From assembly GCA_021806615.1 (NCBI GenBank), contig JAJZRB010000004.1, forward strand, positions 7,664 through 71,663: 64,000 nucleotides of DNA. Direction: 5' to 3'. This document shows positions 18,509 to 28,542 of this stretch, in pieces. Origin of the DNA: a bacterium (GTDB lineage: Bacteria > Patescibacteriota > Patescibacteriia > Patescibacteriales > UBA12465). Positions within the stretch are counted from its first letter, which is position 1, and the number at the start of each line of letters is the position of its first letter. The translations under genes and the position numbers were made by a program. The notes below the pieces were generated by a model. The model worked only from the letters and a program-made list of their open reading frames with translations, had not been told where the DNA came from and searched no databases.

Positions 18509-19849
18509 TTAGTTTAAAGTATGCGATTCGCTGATATTATTTATTTCCGGGTTAAGCGTCAGATTATAGGTAGCGCCGACCGCCGTCATCTGCAGCATCT
18601 GCAGATTATAAGTGCTCTGGGGGTTATAGGCGTCTATCAGGTCGGCGGAGACTGTCAGGTCGCTGGAGCTCCCTTTCCCGACGCGCAAATAGTTGATATC
18701 AAAGACGATCAGGCCGTCAGAACTGACAGTGGCGGTCCTAGCGACGACCTGGCCGTTCTTCAGCAATCTGAAATTATTCCAATCATGCAGATTGGCTGAA
18801 CCATTATTGATGAAGGTTATTTTCTTGATAAGCGCGTCTTCATTGCCGGAGGTCTCATCAATCGTAAAATGGCTGATATCCCGGCTGCCGCCGATAATGG
18901 AACCGCCCGTACCCAGGCTCTTGGATTGGACTAAGACATGGCCGATGACTTTATCGTTAGAAATCAACTGGAAATTAGTGCCTTGAATAGGCCAGACAGC
19001 CGAAGCCGGCAAAGAAGCATTGACGCGAGCGGCCGATGCCAGCTCTAAACGCATGGTTTGCCCGCTGCAGGTCGTACAGCTTCCCAAATCAGCCAAGATT
19101 TTCACGATCTTCTCGCCGGAAACAGGCAGGTCTAACGGGGTACGGAAATTAACGATTATCTGATGGTCATTCTGGCGCCAATTGACGTTGGCATCGTAGT
19201 CCTGGTTATTACCATCCCTGGCTAAGATATTGCTGACGATACTGCGAGCATACATGCCGTTCAGGTCAAAGGTGACGGAATTGAGCGTCGCCGCCTGGCT
19301 GGGCGAACTGAAACGGAATACTCCCAGCAGATTATGGTTCGTGTTAGGCACTAAGGTATTATTATTCTCGCCGATAACCGGGTCGCTCACGACGGCTACT
19401 TTATTAGTATTAGCTTGCTCCCAGCCGATATCAATATAGGAAGCGTTCTGATATTGGGTTAGATCGCCCTCTCCTACGGTGAGGATGTCTTCGCCGACCA
19501 GATTAAAACGCATCAGGTCGGAAGGGCTCTTGATGAGGACTTTGCGGCTGCCAGCGATATAATATATTTCCGGCTTAGCGGCGATCTGGAATAACTTCGC
19601 CTCCGGCCATTTGGCGAGTTCCGCCGGGCTGATAGTCTTGATATCCGACCATTTATTGCCATAGCTCAGATAGGCGGCGGCATTGATATAAGCTTTCTTC
19701 AAGCCATATCTATAACTCAGGAAATAAACGGTGGGGCTATCTTTAGTTTTCACTTGGTTAGGCGAAGAGGCGACACTCGCCATAAGAGGCATTAGACTAA
19801 AAAATATAAATAAAGCCAGAGAGAAAAGCAAGAGTTTCCAATGATTCAT
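18509..19849 (-). CDS. secreted hypothetical protein (two Ig-like-looking C-terminal repeats)
   Basis: ORF track gives 18509..19882. I prefer the internal start MNHWKLLLFSLALFIFFSL... (ATG at 19849) because it begins the signal peptide. I recognised no family motif. Confidence 0.5.
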   Translation of the reverse strand: MNHWKLLLFSLALFIFFSLMPLMASVASSPNQVKTKDSPTVYFLSYRYGLKKAYINAAAYLSYGNKWSDIKTISPAELAKWPEAKLFQIAAKPEIYYIAGSRKVLIKSPSDLMRFNLVGEDILTVGEGDLTQYQNASYIDIGWEQANTNKVAVVSDPVIGENNNTLVPNTNHNLLGVFRFSSPSQAATLNSVTFDLNGMYARSIVSNILARDGNNQDYDANVNWRQNDHQIIVNFRTPLDLPVSGEKIVKILADLGSCTTCSGQTMRLELASAARVNASLPASAVWPIQGTNFQLISNDKVIGHVLVQSKSLGTGGSIIGGSRDISHFTIDETSGNEDALIKKITFINNGSANLHDWNNFRLLKNGQVVARTATVSSDGLIVFDINYLRVGKGSSSDLTVSADLIDAYNPQSTYNLQMLQMTAVGATYNLTLNPEINNISESHTLN

Positions 19850-20016
19850 TTTTTTATTTAATAATAGCATAATAAAAATCATGGGGATAAAAAAATACCG
19901 GTCTGATTTTATTGTAGCATATTTCCGTTTGATAATAAACCATTTTTTCTGGCTAATTTCATTGATTTTTAGCCTTCAAACTGATATATTTAAAACGTCT
20001 TTAAGCCTTAAGATAA

Positions 20017-21342
20017 ATGTTTTATAACTTCAAAAAAACCATACTATTCATAGGGGATTTGGGCTGCCTGCACCTGGCTCTTTTTGCTACTTTAGCCCTG
20101 CGCTATCCCCAGCCGCTATTAGGCCGTTATTGGCAGAGCCATTGGCCGCTGTTCTGGCCGGTTTTTATAATCTGGCTGCTTATCATATATATCAATGACC
20201 TCTATAACCTTAACTGGCGCGTCATCAGCCGGCGCTTTCTCGGTGCCGCCGCGAGCGTTACTATCATGAGCGGGATCTTATCCGCTCTTTATTTCTATCT
20301 GACAGCGAATACGAATATCGCGCCGAAGACCAATCTCCTCATCTTCAGCGTCATTTTCCTGATTCTCTTCCTAGCCTGGCGCCGTCTCGGACAAGCGGCC
20401 CTGCATTCTTTGCTCCTTAAAGAAAATTTAGGCATCATCGGGCTTAATGACCGGTCAGAAAAACTATTGGCCGAATTAAGAAGCCATCCCGGCGCCGGGT
20501 ATCAGATCGCCTGGACTTGCGAAACATCGGAAGGGCTAAGCGCTTTAGCTGATAATATAAAAAGAAAGAATATCCATACGGTAGTCGTCTGCGATGATTT
20601 TGGCGCGCGCGGCCAAATTAGCGCCGCGCTTTTCGCCTGCCTGGCTTACAAGGTTGATTTCTTCAACTATCCTGATTTCTATGAGATGATAAGCGGCAAA
20701 GTTCCGGTAGAAGCTATCGGCCAGAATTGGTTCTTAGAAAATTTGCAGGAAGGACAAAAGAACTATTTTAATTTTTTCAAACAGATCCTAGATTTCAGCC
20801 TAGCTTTATTTATCCTGGCGGTTTCTCTCCCCTTCTGGCCGATTATCGCCCTGATTATCAAGATTGAGAGCCGCGGACCGGTCTTTTTCCGGCAGACCCG
20901 GGTCGGCAAAGAAGAAAAGAATTTCAGCATCATCAAGTTCCGGACCATGCGGGAAGAAAATAACGACCGTTCGCTCACGACAGATAACGACGCGCGCATA
21001 ACCAGATTCGGTTCCTTCTTGCGCCGGACGCGCCTGGATGAAGTGCCTCAGGTCCTCAATATCCTCGCCGGCGAGATGAGTTTCATCGGGCCGCGGCCGG
21101 AAAGACCGGAAATCATCGCGGAATTAGAACGGCAGATCCCTTTTTATAAGACGAGGCTCCTCATCAAGCCGGGCCTGACCGGCTGGGACCAGATTTCCGG
21201 CCGCTATCATTCCGCCTCTTTGGCCGACAGCCTGGAAAAATTACAATACGACCTGTTCTATCTCAAACGGCGCTCAATCTACTTGGATATTTCCATCACG
21301 CTCAAGACGATAGCCACGATGCTAAGCCAAGCGGGCCGTTAA
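20017..21342 (+). CDS. polyprenyl-phosphate sugar-phosphotransferase (WbaP/bacterial sugar transferase family), priming enzyme
   Basis: 441 aa with N-terminal TM helices and a C-terminal catalytic block PVFFRQTRVGKEEKNFSIIKFRTM...DEVPQVLNILAGEMSFIGPRPERP. Confidence 0.85.
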   Translation: MFYNFKKTILFIGDLGCLHLALFATLALRYPQPLLGRYWQSHWPLFWPVFIIWLLIIYINDLYNLNWRVISRRFLGAAASVTIMSGILSALYFYLTANTNIAPKTNLLIFSVIFLILFLAWRRLGQAALHSLLLKENLGIIGLNDRSEKLLAELRSHPGAGYQIAWTCETSEGLSALADNIKRKNIHTVVVCDDFGARGQISAALFACLAYKVDFFNYPDFYEMISGKVPVEAIGQNWFLENLQEGQKNYFNFFKQILDFSLALFILAVSLPFWPIIALIIKIESRGPVFFRQTRVGKEEKNFSIIKFRTMREENNDRSLTTDNDARITRFGSFLRRTRLDEVPQVLNILAGEMSFIGPRPERPEIIAELERQIPFYKTRLLIKPGLTGWDQISGRYHSASLADSLEKLQYDLFYLKRRSIYLDISITLKTIATMLSQAGR

Positions 21343-21354
21343 AATCTATTATCT

Positions 21355-22056
21355 ATGGGAAAAACCTTCGCCCGGGCGCTGCGGGTCATGAAAAATCCGC
21401 GGCTCATCATCAACTTTATCCGTCATCGCCTTTTCCATCTCGTAGGAGATCGGACTCTTAACGACGGAGAGAGGTTCGACCCGACCATTTTTAAATCTTT
21501 CGGCTTGTCGGAAGCGGCCAGCTTAGCCCGCTACCGTTTTGCGCGTCGGATCATCGTCTCGAGCGGAGATATATTGGATATCGCTTGCGGCACCGGCTAC
21601 GGGACCTTGATGCTCGCCGATATCTGCCAGGCGATAACCGGCGTTGATATCAGCCCGGAAGCGATAAGCTTCGCCAGGAAAAGATACCAGAAGAAAAATA
21701 ATATTCGTTTCCTGGTCGGAGATCTGATGGCTAACCAGATTTCAGCCGACTGCCTGGTTTCTTTCGAGACGGTGGAGCATCTAGAAGACGACCTGGGGCT
21801 CGTCCTCGCGAAACTCGTCTCCCATTGCCGGCAGAAGATGATTTTGAGCGTCCCCTATCAGGAAATGCCCGGCCATAATCGCCACCACCGTAAATTCCAA
21901 CTAAACGAACAGGATTTTTCCGATTTAGCCGCCAGCGGCTCGTTGCGATTCTTCTATCAAGCGCCAAGCGGACAGATAACGAACGAGCGGAAAGACAGGC
22001 CGGAAACCCTGATCATCGTCTGGGAAAGAACGAGTGCTATAAGCGCGTTAATTTAG
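21355..22056 (+). CDS. class I SAM-dependent methyltransferase
   Basis: 233 aa with ILDIACGTGYGTLMLA (motif I), GVDIS, and FLVGDL...CLVSFETVEHL. Confidence 0.7.
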   Translation: MGKTFARALRVMKNPRLIINFIRHRLFHLVGDRTLNDGERFDPTIFKSFGLSEAASLARYRFARRIIVSSGDILDIACGTGYGTLMLADICQAITGVDISPEAISFARKRYQKKNNIRFLVGDLMANQISADCLVSFETVEHLEDDLGLVLAKLVSHCRQKMILSVPYQEMPGHNRHHRKFQLNEQDFSDLAASGSLRFFYQAPSGQITNERKDRPETLIIVWERTSAISALI

Positions 22057-22068
22057 AAATAATAAATT

Positions 22069-23082
22069 ATGGCTTCTGACCGCCGGCCTAAAATATCAAT
22101 CATCATCCCTAATCTGAACGGAGAGCATCTTTTAGGCGCTTGCCTCGCGAGCTTGAAACGCCAAAGCTATCAAGACTTCGAGCTCGTCCTCGTCGATAAC
22201 GCCTCCCAGGATAATTCCTTAAGCCTCGTCGCCTCTGAATATCCGCTCGCGGCCATCTGCCGCTTAAGCGAAAATCAGGGTTTCAGCCGGGCCGTCAATA
22301 AAGGATTTTCTCTAGCTCGCGGCGCCTATATTTTCCTGCTCAATAACGATACCGAATTAGATCCGGACTGCCTGAAGAACCTGAATGATTTCCTGGATGA
22401 AAGGCCGGATCTTTCTTTCGCGGCGGCGAAGATGCTATTTTTTGACGATCGGCAGATAATAAATAATGCCGGCGATACTCTGTCTATCTACGGCCTGGCC
22501 CATCAACGCGGCAAAGGCGAGCTGGACCGCGGCCAATACCAAAAAGCCGAACCTATTTTCAGCGCCTGCGCCGGCGGGGCGATGTACCGCCGGGAATTAT
22601 TGGAACGCCTCAACGGCTTCGCGGAAAATTTCTGGGCTTATTTAGAAGATGTCGACCTGGGATTCCGCGCCCAGCTCTTAGGTTGCCGCGGCTATCTCGT
22701 GCCGCGGGCCGTTATCTATCACCTAGACGGCGGAACTAGTAAAAAAACCAAAAATCTGGTAAATTTTTTAACTATCCGCAACAGCCTATACCTAGTCTAT
22801 CGGAATTATCCGCTCAGCCTGCTTATCCTATTAGCTCCCTGCCTACTAGTCAGCCAAGTCCGGAATATCATGAGCGGACTAAAACATCATTATTTACCGG
22901 AGGTCTTCCGGGCTTATCGCGACTTCACTAGAGCGCTTCCCGAATTAAGCCGCGAAAGGCGGGCTATCCAAAAAAGCAGGGTCATAAGCAGCTACCAAGT
23001 CTTCAAGCTCCTAAGCAAGAAATATCCCTTCTCTTTCAAACGCAATCTCTATGGACTTCTCCATCATCATCGTCAATTATAA
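22069..23082 (+). CDS. glycosyltransferase family 2
   Basis: 337 aa with ISIIIPNLNG, LVDNASQD, FLLNNDTE and WAYLEDVDLGFR blocks. Confidence 0.8.
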   Translation: MASDRRPKISIIIPNLNGEHLLGACLASLKRQSYQDFELVLVDNASQDNSLSLVASEYPLAAICRLSENQGFSRAVNKGFSLARGAYIFLLNNDTELDPDCLKNLNDFLDERPDLSFAAAKMLFFDDRQIINNAGDTLSIYGLAHQRGKGELDRGQYQKAEPIFSACAGGAMYRRELLERLNGFAENFWAYLEDVDLGFRAQLLGCRGYLVPRAVIYHLDGGTSKKTKNLVNFLTIRNSLYLVYRNYPLSLLILLAPCLLVSQVRNIMSGLKHHYLPEVFRAYRDFTRALPELSRERRAIQKSRVISSYQVFKLLSKKYPFSFKRNLYGLLHHHRQL

Positions 23083-23842
23083 AACGCCGGATTTGACCAG
23101 GAATTGCCTGGAATCCATCATCAGCCGCTGGCCGAAAGACCTATGGGAAATCATTGTCGTCGATAACGGTTCCGGGGACGATTCCGCCCGCCGATTAGAG
23201 GCCGAGTTCGGAGCTGATATCAGATTGATCAAGAACAGAGAAAATCTCGGCTTCGCCCGCGCCAACAATCAAGGGGCGAAAATAGCCAGCGGGAAATATC
23301 TCTTCTTCTTGAACAGCGACACGACGGTAAACGATAATTTTTTAGAGGACTGGAGCCGCCGCTTATCCGGAGATAAGACTATCGGACTTATCGCGCCTTG
23401 CTTATTAGACAAGGGCGGCGGGAAACAAGCCAAAGCTTACGGCCCTTTCCCGACTATTTCCTATCTCCTGTACAAGAATCTTATTTCCAGGCGGGACAAT
23501 GATTTTCCGAAACGGGCGGATTGGGTAAGCGGCGCGGCGCTGGCTATCAGGCACGATCTTTTCGCGGCGCTGGGCGGCTGGGATGAAAATTTTTTCCTTT
23601 ACTTAGAAGACGTGGATCTCTCATGGCGGGTGCGTCAGGCCGGCTATCGCGTCGTCAGGGATGAAAACGCGCGCGTTAGTCATCATCAAGGAGGCAGTCC
23701 GGCCCTCAGCCGTGAAAAAAGACAGTATTATTTCGCGTCCCAAGATTATCTCTTCCGGAAATATTACGGCCGATGGGCGCTGATCGTCCTTAAGATCCTG
23801 CGGCTCCCTTACCGGATTCATAAGAACAGCTCTAATAAATAA
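23051..23842 (+). CDS. glycosyltransferase family 2
   Basis: 263 aa with FSIIIVNYKT, VVDNGSGD, FFLNSDT and FLYLEDVDLSWR. It overlaps the preceding GT2 gene by 32 nt. Confidence 0.8.
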   Translation: MDFSIIIVNYKTPDLTRNCLESIISRWPKDLWEIIVVDNGSGDDSARRLEAEFGADIRLIKNRENLGFARANNQGAKIASGKYLFFLNSDTTVNDNFLEDWSRRLSGDKTIGLIAPCLLDKGGGKQAKAYGPFPTISYLLYKNLISRRDNDFPKRADWVSGAALAIRHDLFAALGGWDENFFLYLEDVDLSWRVRQAGYRVVRDENARVSHHQGGSPALSREKRQYYFASQDYLFRKYYGRWALIVLKILRLPYRIHKNSSNK

Positions 23843-23852
23843 ATTCAAAATC

Positions 23853-24956
23853 ATGATTATCGGCGTCAATCTGATACAATATACCGAGCTCCAGGGCATT
23901 GAAACCTTTATCCAGAATATGCTCGCTCACTGGCCGCTGGCTAAGGAGGACAGATTGATCCTGTTCACCAACCAAAAATCTTATCAGCTCTTTGCGGCGC
24001 TTAATCCGCGCGCTGAGATAATAAGCAAGAACCTGAAATCAAGGCGTTTTTCCCTTCTCCTCTATCAGCAATTCCAGCTGCCCCGGCAATTGAGAAAAGC
24101 GGGAGTAGACATCCTGCTCTGCCCTTCGCTCGCCCTGCCTCTCTTCTACCGCCGGAAGATAGTGGTTATCCACGACCTGGCCTTCCGCCGCTATCCGGAA
24201 GAATCAGGCTTCCTATCGCGCTTCTATCTGAACTTGGCGCTCCTTTCCGCTAAATATCTTTCGCGGGGACTAGCGACCGTTTCTGAATATGCGCGCCAAG
24301 AAATCAGCGCCCTCTTAAAGATAGAGAGCGCGAAAATAATCAATATTTCAGAGAGCGTCCCCCTCGCGCCATCCGCTTATTCCGACCCGATGGCGGTCGC
24401 ATTGAAAGATCTGCCGCCGCTCTTTTTTCTTTATATCGGACGTGCCTATCCCCGCAAGAATCTCAACACTCTGATTCATTCTTTCCGAATCTTCATTAAA
24501 AGCCATCCGGATTTTTCCCTGCTCATTGCCGGGCAGTATGATAAGCGCATGGCGGCCTTGCGCCAAACCGCCGAAAAACTAGGCTTAAGCCAGCAAATAC
24601 GTTTTCTGGATTTTATCACGGCCGATGCCAAAAAAATATTGATCAAAGAAGCGCGGGCCCTCGTCCTAATTTCTCACTATGAAGGCTTCGGCCTCCCCGT
24701 TCTGGAGGCCCAAGCAGCGGGCTTGCCGGTCCTGGCGGCCCAGGCTTCGTCTCTGCCGGAAATCGCCGGAGAGGGAGCTCTATTCGTCGATCCGAATGAC
24801 TATAATGATATAGCCGCGGGTATGGCCGAGTTAGCTGATGATGAAAATCTCCGCCAGGAACTTATCCGGCGAGGCTACGAGAATATCCAAAGATATTCTT
24901 GGGAAAAGTCAGCGGAAAAACTTTATGACCTATTAAAAAACAGCCTAAACGCATGA
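23853..24956 (+). CDS. glycosyltransferase family 4 (GT-B, Glycos_transf_1)
   Basis: 367 aa with C-terminal HYEGFGLPVLEAQAAGLPVL (E-x7-E). Confidence 0.8.
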   Translation: MIIGVNLIQYTELQGIETFIQNMLAHWPLAKEDRLILFTNQKSYQLFAALNPRAEIISKNLKSRRFSLLLYQQFQLPRQLRKAGVDILLCPSLALPLFYRRKIVVIHDLAFRRYPEESGFLSRFYLNLALLSAKYLSRGLATVSEYARQEISALLKIESAKIINISESVPLAPSAYSDPMAVALKDLPPLFFLYIGRAYPRKNLNTLIHSFRIFIKSHPDFSLLIAGQYDKRMAALRQTAEKLGLSQQIRFLDFITADAKKILIKEARALVLISHYEGFGLPVLEAQAAGLPVLAAQASSLPEIAGEGALFVDPNDYNDIAAGMAELADDENLRQELIRRGYENIQRYSWEKSAEKLYDLLKNSLNA

Positions 24957-26122
24957 AAATCCTGCAAATAAATAAATTCTATCATCCCTGGCTCGGCGGC
25001 GTAGAGAGTGTGGTCCAGAATATCGCTGAAGGCTTGGACAAGAAGGGCGATCTAGAAATATCAGTCTTAGCCTGCCAACCCCGCGGACCGCGCCGCTTGG
25101 AAAAAATCAACGGCATCACGGTCTATCGCGCCGCTTCTTTCGGGCGCTTCCTCGGGATGCCTCTTTCTTTGGATTTTTTCCGCCTTCTAAAAACCGTTAT
25201 CCGAGATTACGACGCGGTCATCATCCACCATCCTTTCCCGCTCGCCTTCTTAAGCTGGCCGCTTTTAAAAGATAAGAAAATATTCATCTGGTACCATAGC
25301 GATATCGTCCGCCAGAAATTCAGCCGCCTCCTATTCCAGCCGGCTCTAAAGTCCGGGCTGGAAAAAGCCGATAAAATTTTTGTGGGCAGTGAGAAGCTGA
25401 TCCAATCTTCCCCGCTCCTCAAAAAATATGCGAGCAAATGCACGGTTATCCCCTTCGGGCTAGACCTGGATTATTTTACTGCCCAGCCGGAAATTACCGC
25501 TTCCGCCAAGCTTATCAAGGAAACCTATGGCGCTCCTCTGATATTAAGCGTCGGCCGCCTCGTCCCCTATAAAGGTCTCGCCTATCTGATAAAAGCTTGG
25601 CCGAGCATCAAGCTGCCGGCCGGGCCTAAAATTGGAGACGGGCCAAAAGCGAAATTGCTGATTATCGGTTCCGGCCCGGAAGAAAAAAGATTGCGTTCCC
25701 TGATTAAAAAGCTCGATCTAGAAGATCAGATAAGGATCATCAAGCCGGTTCCCGACTTACGTCCCTTCTACGCGGCGAGCGACCTATTCGTCCTGCCCTC
25801 GATAACGGCGAACGAGGCTTTCGGCTTAGTGCAGATAGAAGCGATGGCTTTCGGCAAGCCTATAATCAACACGCGGCTCATGACCGGCGTGACCGAAGTG
25901 AGCCCGCATCTTATAAGCGGATTAACAGCGGCTCCTCGGGACCCCGCCTCTCTGGCGGCGGCTATAAATAAGCTCTTAAGCGACCCGGAATTAAAAAAGA
26001 GCCTGGGAGAAGAGGCTCGGCGGCGCGTGGAAACTATCTTCAATAAAGATGAATTCCGAAAAAGATTATCCGCCGCTCTTCTGGCTAAGGGCTGGCGGGG
26101 CGCTTCTTCGGTTCCAGGATGA
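24953..26122 (+). CDS. glycosyltransferase family 4 (GT-B)
   Basis: 389 aa with GGVESVV at the N-terminus and ANEAFGLVQIEAMAFGKPII (E-x7-E). There is a 4-nt start/stop overlap with the previous gene. Confidence 0.8.
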   Translation: MKILQINKFYHPWLGGVESVVQNIAEGLDKKGDLEISVLACQPRGPRRLEKINGITVYRAASFGRFLGMPLSLDFFRLLKTVIRDYDAVIIHHPFPLAFLSWPLLKDKKIFIWYHSDIVRQKFSRLLFQPALKSGLEKADKIFVGSEKLIQSSPLLKKYASKCTVIPFGLDLDYFTAQPEITASAKLIKETYGAPLILSVGRLVPYKGLAYLIKAWPSIKLPAGPKIGDGPKAKLLIIGSGPEEKRLRSLIKKLDLEDQIRIIKPVPDLRPFYAASDLFVLPSITANEAFGLVQIEAMAFGKPIINTRLMTGVTEVSPHLISGLTAAPRDPASLAAAINKLLSDPELKKSLGEEARRRVETIFNKDEFRKRLSAALLAKGWRGASSVPG

Positions 26123-27386
26123 CGATAAGCGGAATAATGAAATAAGACACTAAGGTGGCGAGCGCCGCGCCTGATAGGCCGAGGCGCGGTATGAGCCATA
26201 GGTTCAGGAGGACATTCACGATGACTGTCGCGAGATTTCCGAAAAAAATTATTTTGATCTTATTCTCCACCAGCAAGTACTGCCCCATGGCCCAAGCCAG
26301 GAATAAGCCGACGCTGGACCAAGCATAAATCTGCAAGACCGGTATCGCCGCCTGATAGGAAGCGCCGAATATAAAACGGATGATGAATCCGGCGCCCAGG
26401 AAGATCGGCCAGACCAGGACTAGCGAGATGGCCAGGATAAAAATATAAAAATTTCTCAAGCGGCTCCGGTATAGATCCTCGCCGCTTTTTTTAGCGTTGA
26501 CTATCGCCGGGAATAAAGAGGCACTAATAATTCCCGGCACGAAATAAATGACTTCGGTCACGCGGACGGCGGCCGCATATATTCCTACGGCCGCGTTGCC
26601 CAAGAGCTGGCCGACGATGACCTGGTCTATCCTGATATAAATGAAGGCGGCGGCTGAAGCTAGCATGAGCGGCCAGGAACTGCGCCAAATTTCCCGTGCT
26701 AACACGCGGTCATAGCGCCACGCCCGTATAGAAAGGCCGCGATGGCGATAAGCGGCCAGATAGCCCAACCCCTGCCATAGGACATCCAGCACATAGATGA
26801 TGACCAAGCCGACGACTCCTCCCCCTAAGATAATCAGGAGTATCTTTAAGAACGAGGTGATGAAATTAGCCGTTACCTGAGCCCGGACACTGTTTTTGGC
26901 GGCGACTTCGGCTTGGAAGAAAGTAGAGATCACATTCAATGATTGCAGGATGAAAATGATGGCGTAAAGGACGACCAAGAGGCGTATCAGCGGGTCGGCT
27001 TTAGATAAGAAAGCGGCGGTTACGGCGGCTAGAAAAGCCAGCCCGCCGCCGATGATCTTCAAACGGAAACTCGTTCCCAGAAGCTGATCGCGCTTAAACG
27101 GATATCTGACTAATTCCCGGCTTAAAATATTATCTACGCCCAAAGGAGCCAGGAAGCTGAATAGTCCGACAAAAGCGACGACATAGTTTATGACCCCGTA
27201 TTTTTCCGGACCCAGATAGCGCGCGACCCAGGCGCCGATGAAGAAAGAGGTAAGGAGCGCGAAAATCTGTCCCGCGAACATCCAGCCCGTATTAGAAAAA
27301 TAACGCCGGAAACCTTCATGGCTTAAGACCCAGCGCCATTTAAGCGGCAATAATTTTTCTATTTTAGCGAATATCTTGTCTAGCAT
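26085..27386 (-). CDS. Wzx-type polysaccharide flippase (MOP superfamily)
   Basis: ORF track gives 26085..27440 as a polytopic membrane protein (>=12 hydrophobic segments). I prefer the start MLDKIFAKIEKLL (27386), which removes the 44-nt overlap with the malic enzyme gene. It is convergent with the last GT4 gene and overlaps it by 38 nt. Confidence 0.6.
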   Translation of the reverse strand: MLDKIFAKIEKLLPLKWRWVLSHEGFRRYFSNTGWMFAGQIFALLTSFFIGAWVARYLGPEKYGVINYVVAFVGLFSFLAPLGVDNILSRELVRYPFKRDQLLGTSFRLKIIGGGLAFLAAVTAAFLSKADPLIRLLVVLYAIIFILQSLNVISTFFQAEVAAKNSVRAQVTANFITSFLKILLIILGGGVVGLVIIYVLDVLWQGLGYLAAYRHRGLSIRAWRYDRVLAREIWRSSWPLMLASAAAFIYIRIDQVIVGQLLGNAAVGIYAAAVRVTEVIYFVPGIISASLFPAIVNAKKSGEDLYRSRLRNFYIFILAISLVLVWPIFLGAGFIIRFIFGASYQAAIPVLQIYAWSSVGLFLAWAMGQYLLVENKIKIIFFGNLATVIVNVLLNLWLIPRLGLSGAALATLVSYFIIPLIVILEPKKRPASP

Positions 27387-27396
27387 CTTGAATATT

Positions 27397-28533
27397 CTAA
27401 TAAATGGCGGCGGCCACCGCTTTAGCGACCGTCTTATCAAGCGGATCAGGCAGGATCTTATCGGGCGTCGGCTCGGAAACTAAGGCGGCCAGATTCTGGG
27501 CGGCTCTTATGAGCATGGCATCGGTTATATCCCTGACCGAATTATCTAAAGCTCCTCGGAAGACTCCAGGAAAAACCAAGACATTATTTATCTGATTAGG
27601 ATAATCGCTGCGGCCGCTCGCCACGATGAACGCTCCGGCCTTTTTCGCTTCTTCCGGCATTATTTCTGGCACCGGATTGGCGAGGGCGAAAATTATCGCT
27701 TTCTCATCCATGCCTCTTACCATGTCAGCCGTCAGCATGTTAGGAGCGCTCACGCCGATGAAGACGTCCGCTCCCTTGAGCGCCGCCGCCAGATCTCCTC
27801 GGACCAAGGCGTGATTAGTAAGCCCGGCTAATTCCTGCTTGGCACCGCTTAACCCCTCGCGCCCCTGGTAAATAGTCCCTTGGCGGTCGCACACGATGAT
27901 ATCTTTGAAACCATAAGCTAACAATAATTTCGTAATGGCCACTCCCGCCGCGCCAGCGCCGCTTATGACCAGGCTGGCCCTATCCGGTTCTAGGCCGCGC
28001 ACTTTCAGGGCGTTTATCAGCCCGGCTAAGACGACGGTCGCCGTACCGTGCTGGTCATCATGCATGACCGGGATATCCAATTCTTCCTTAAGCCGTTCCT
28101 CGATCTTAAAACAACGCGGAGCCGAAATATCTTCCAGGTTTATTCCGCCGAAAACCGGCGCTAAATATTTGACCGTTCGTATTATCTCTTCTTCGTCCTG
28201 CGTATCCAGGCAGATCGGAAAAGCGTCTACGCCGGCGAATTCTTTGAAGAGGATGCATTTCCCTTCCATGACCGGCAAAGCGGCTTCCGGGCCGAGATTG
28301 CCCAGGCCTAAGATAGCGCTGCCGTCGCTGATAACCGCGACCGTATTGCCTTTCAAGGTCAGGGCTCTGGCTTCTTTCTTGTCCCGCGCGATAACCCGGC
28401 AAATTTCCGCGACGCCCGGCGTATAAGCCAAGCTTAGATCAAAGCGGGTAGCCAAAGGGACTTTACTGGCTATAGCCAGCTTCCCTTGCCGCTGACGATG
28501 TAATTCCACTGATTGCTGATAAACGTCGGACAT
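27397..28533 (-). CDS. NAD(P)-dependent malic enzyme (small ~380-aa type)
   Basis: 378 aa with LSLAYTPGVAEICRVI, AVISDGSAILGLGNLGPEAALPVMEGKCILFKEFAGVD and GAGAAGVA Rossmann motifs. Confidence 0.85.
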   Translation of the reverse strand: MSDVYQQSVELHRQRQGKLAIASKVPLATRFDLSLAYTPGVAEICRVIARDKKEARALTLKGNTVAVISDGSAILGLGNLGPEAALPVMEGKCILFKEFAGVDAFPICLDTQDEEEIIRTVKYLAPVFGGINLEDISAPRCFKIEERLKEELDIPVMHDDQHGTATVVLAGLINALKVRGLEPDRASLVISGAGAAGVAITKLLLAYGFKDIIVCDRQGTIYQGREGLSGAKQELAGLTNHALVRGDLAAALKGADVFIGVSAPNMLTADMVRGMDEKAIIFALANPVPEIMPEEAKKAGAFIVASGRSDYPNQINNVLVFPGVFRGALDNSVRDITDAMLIRAAQNLAALVSEPTPDKILPDPLDKTVAKAVAAAIY

Positions 28534-28542
28534 AAATTTATT

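Noticed and set aside
5026-19439. Numerous 60-180 aa ORFs nested inside or antisense to secA, nrdA, nrdB, rseP, frr and the large secreted-protein genes (e.g. 5737..6210, 6874..7398, 12063..12428, 13386..13784)
   Set aside because: They are fully overlapped by long, motif-supported genes. Their composition is low-complexity Arg/Ser/Pro-rich, typical of off-frame translation.
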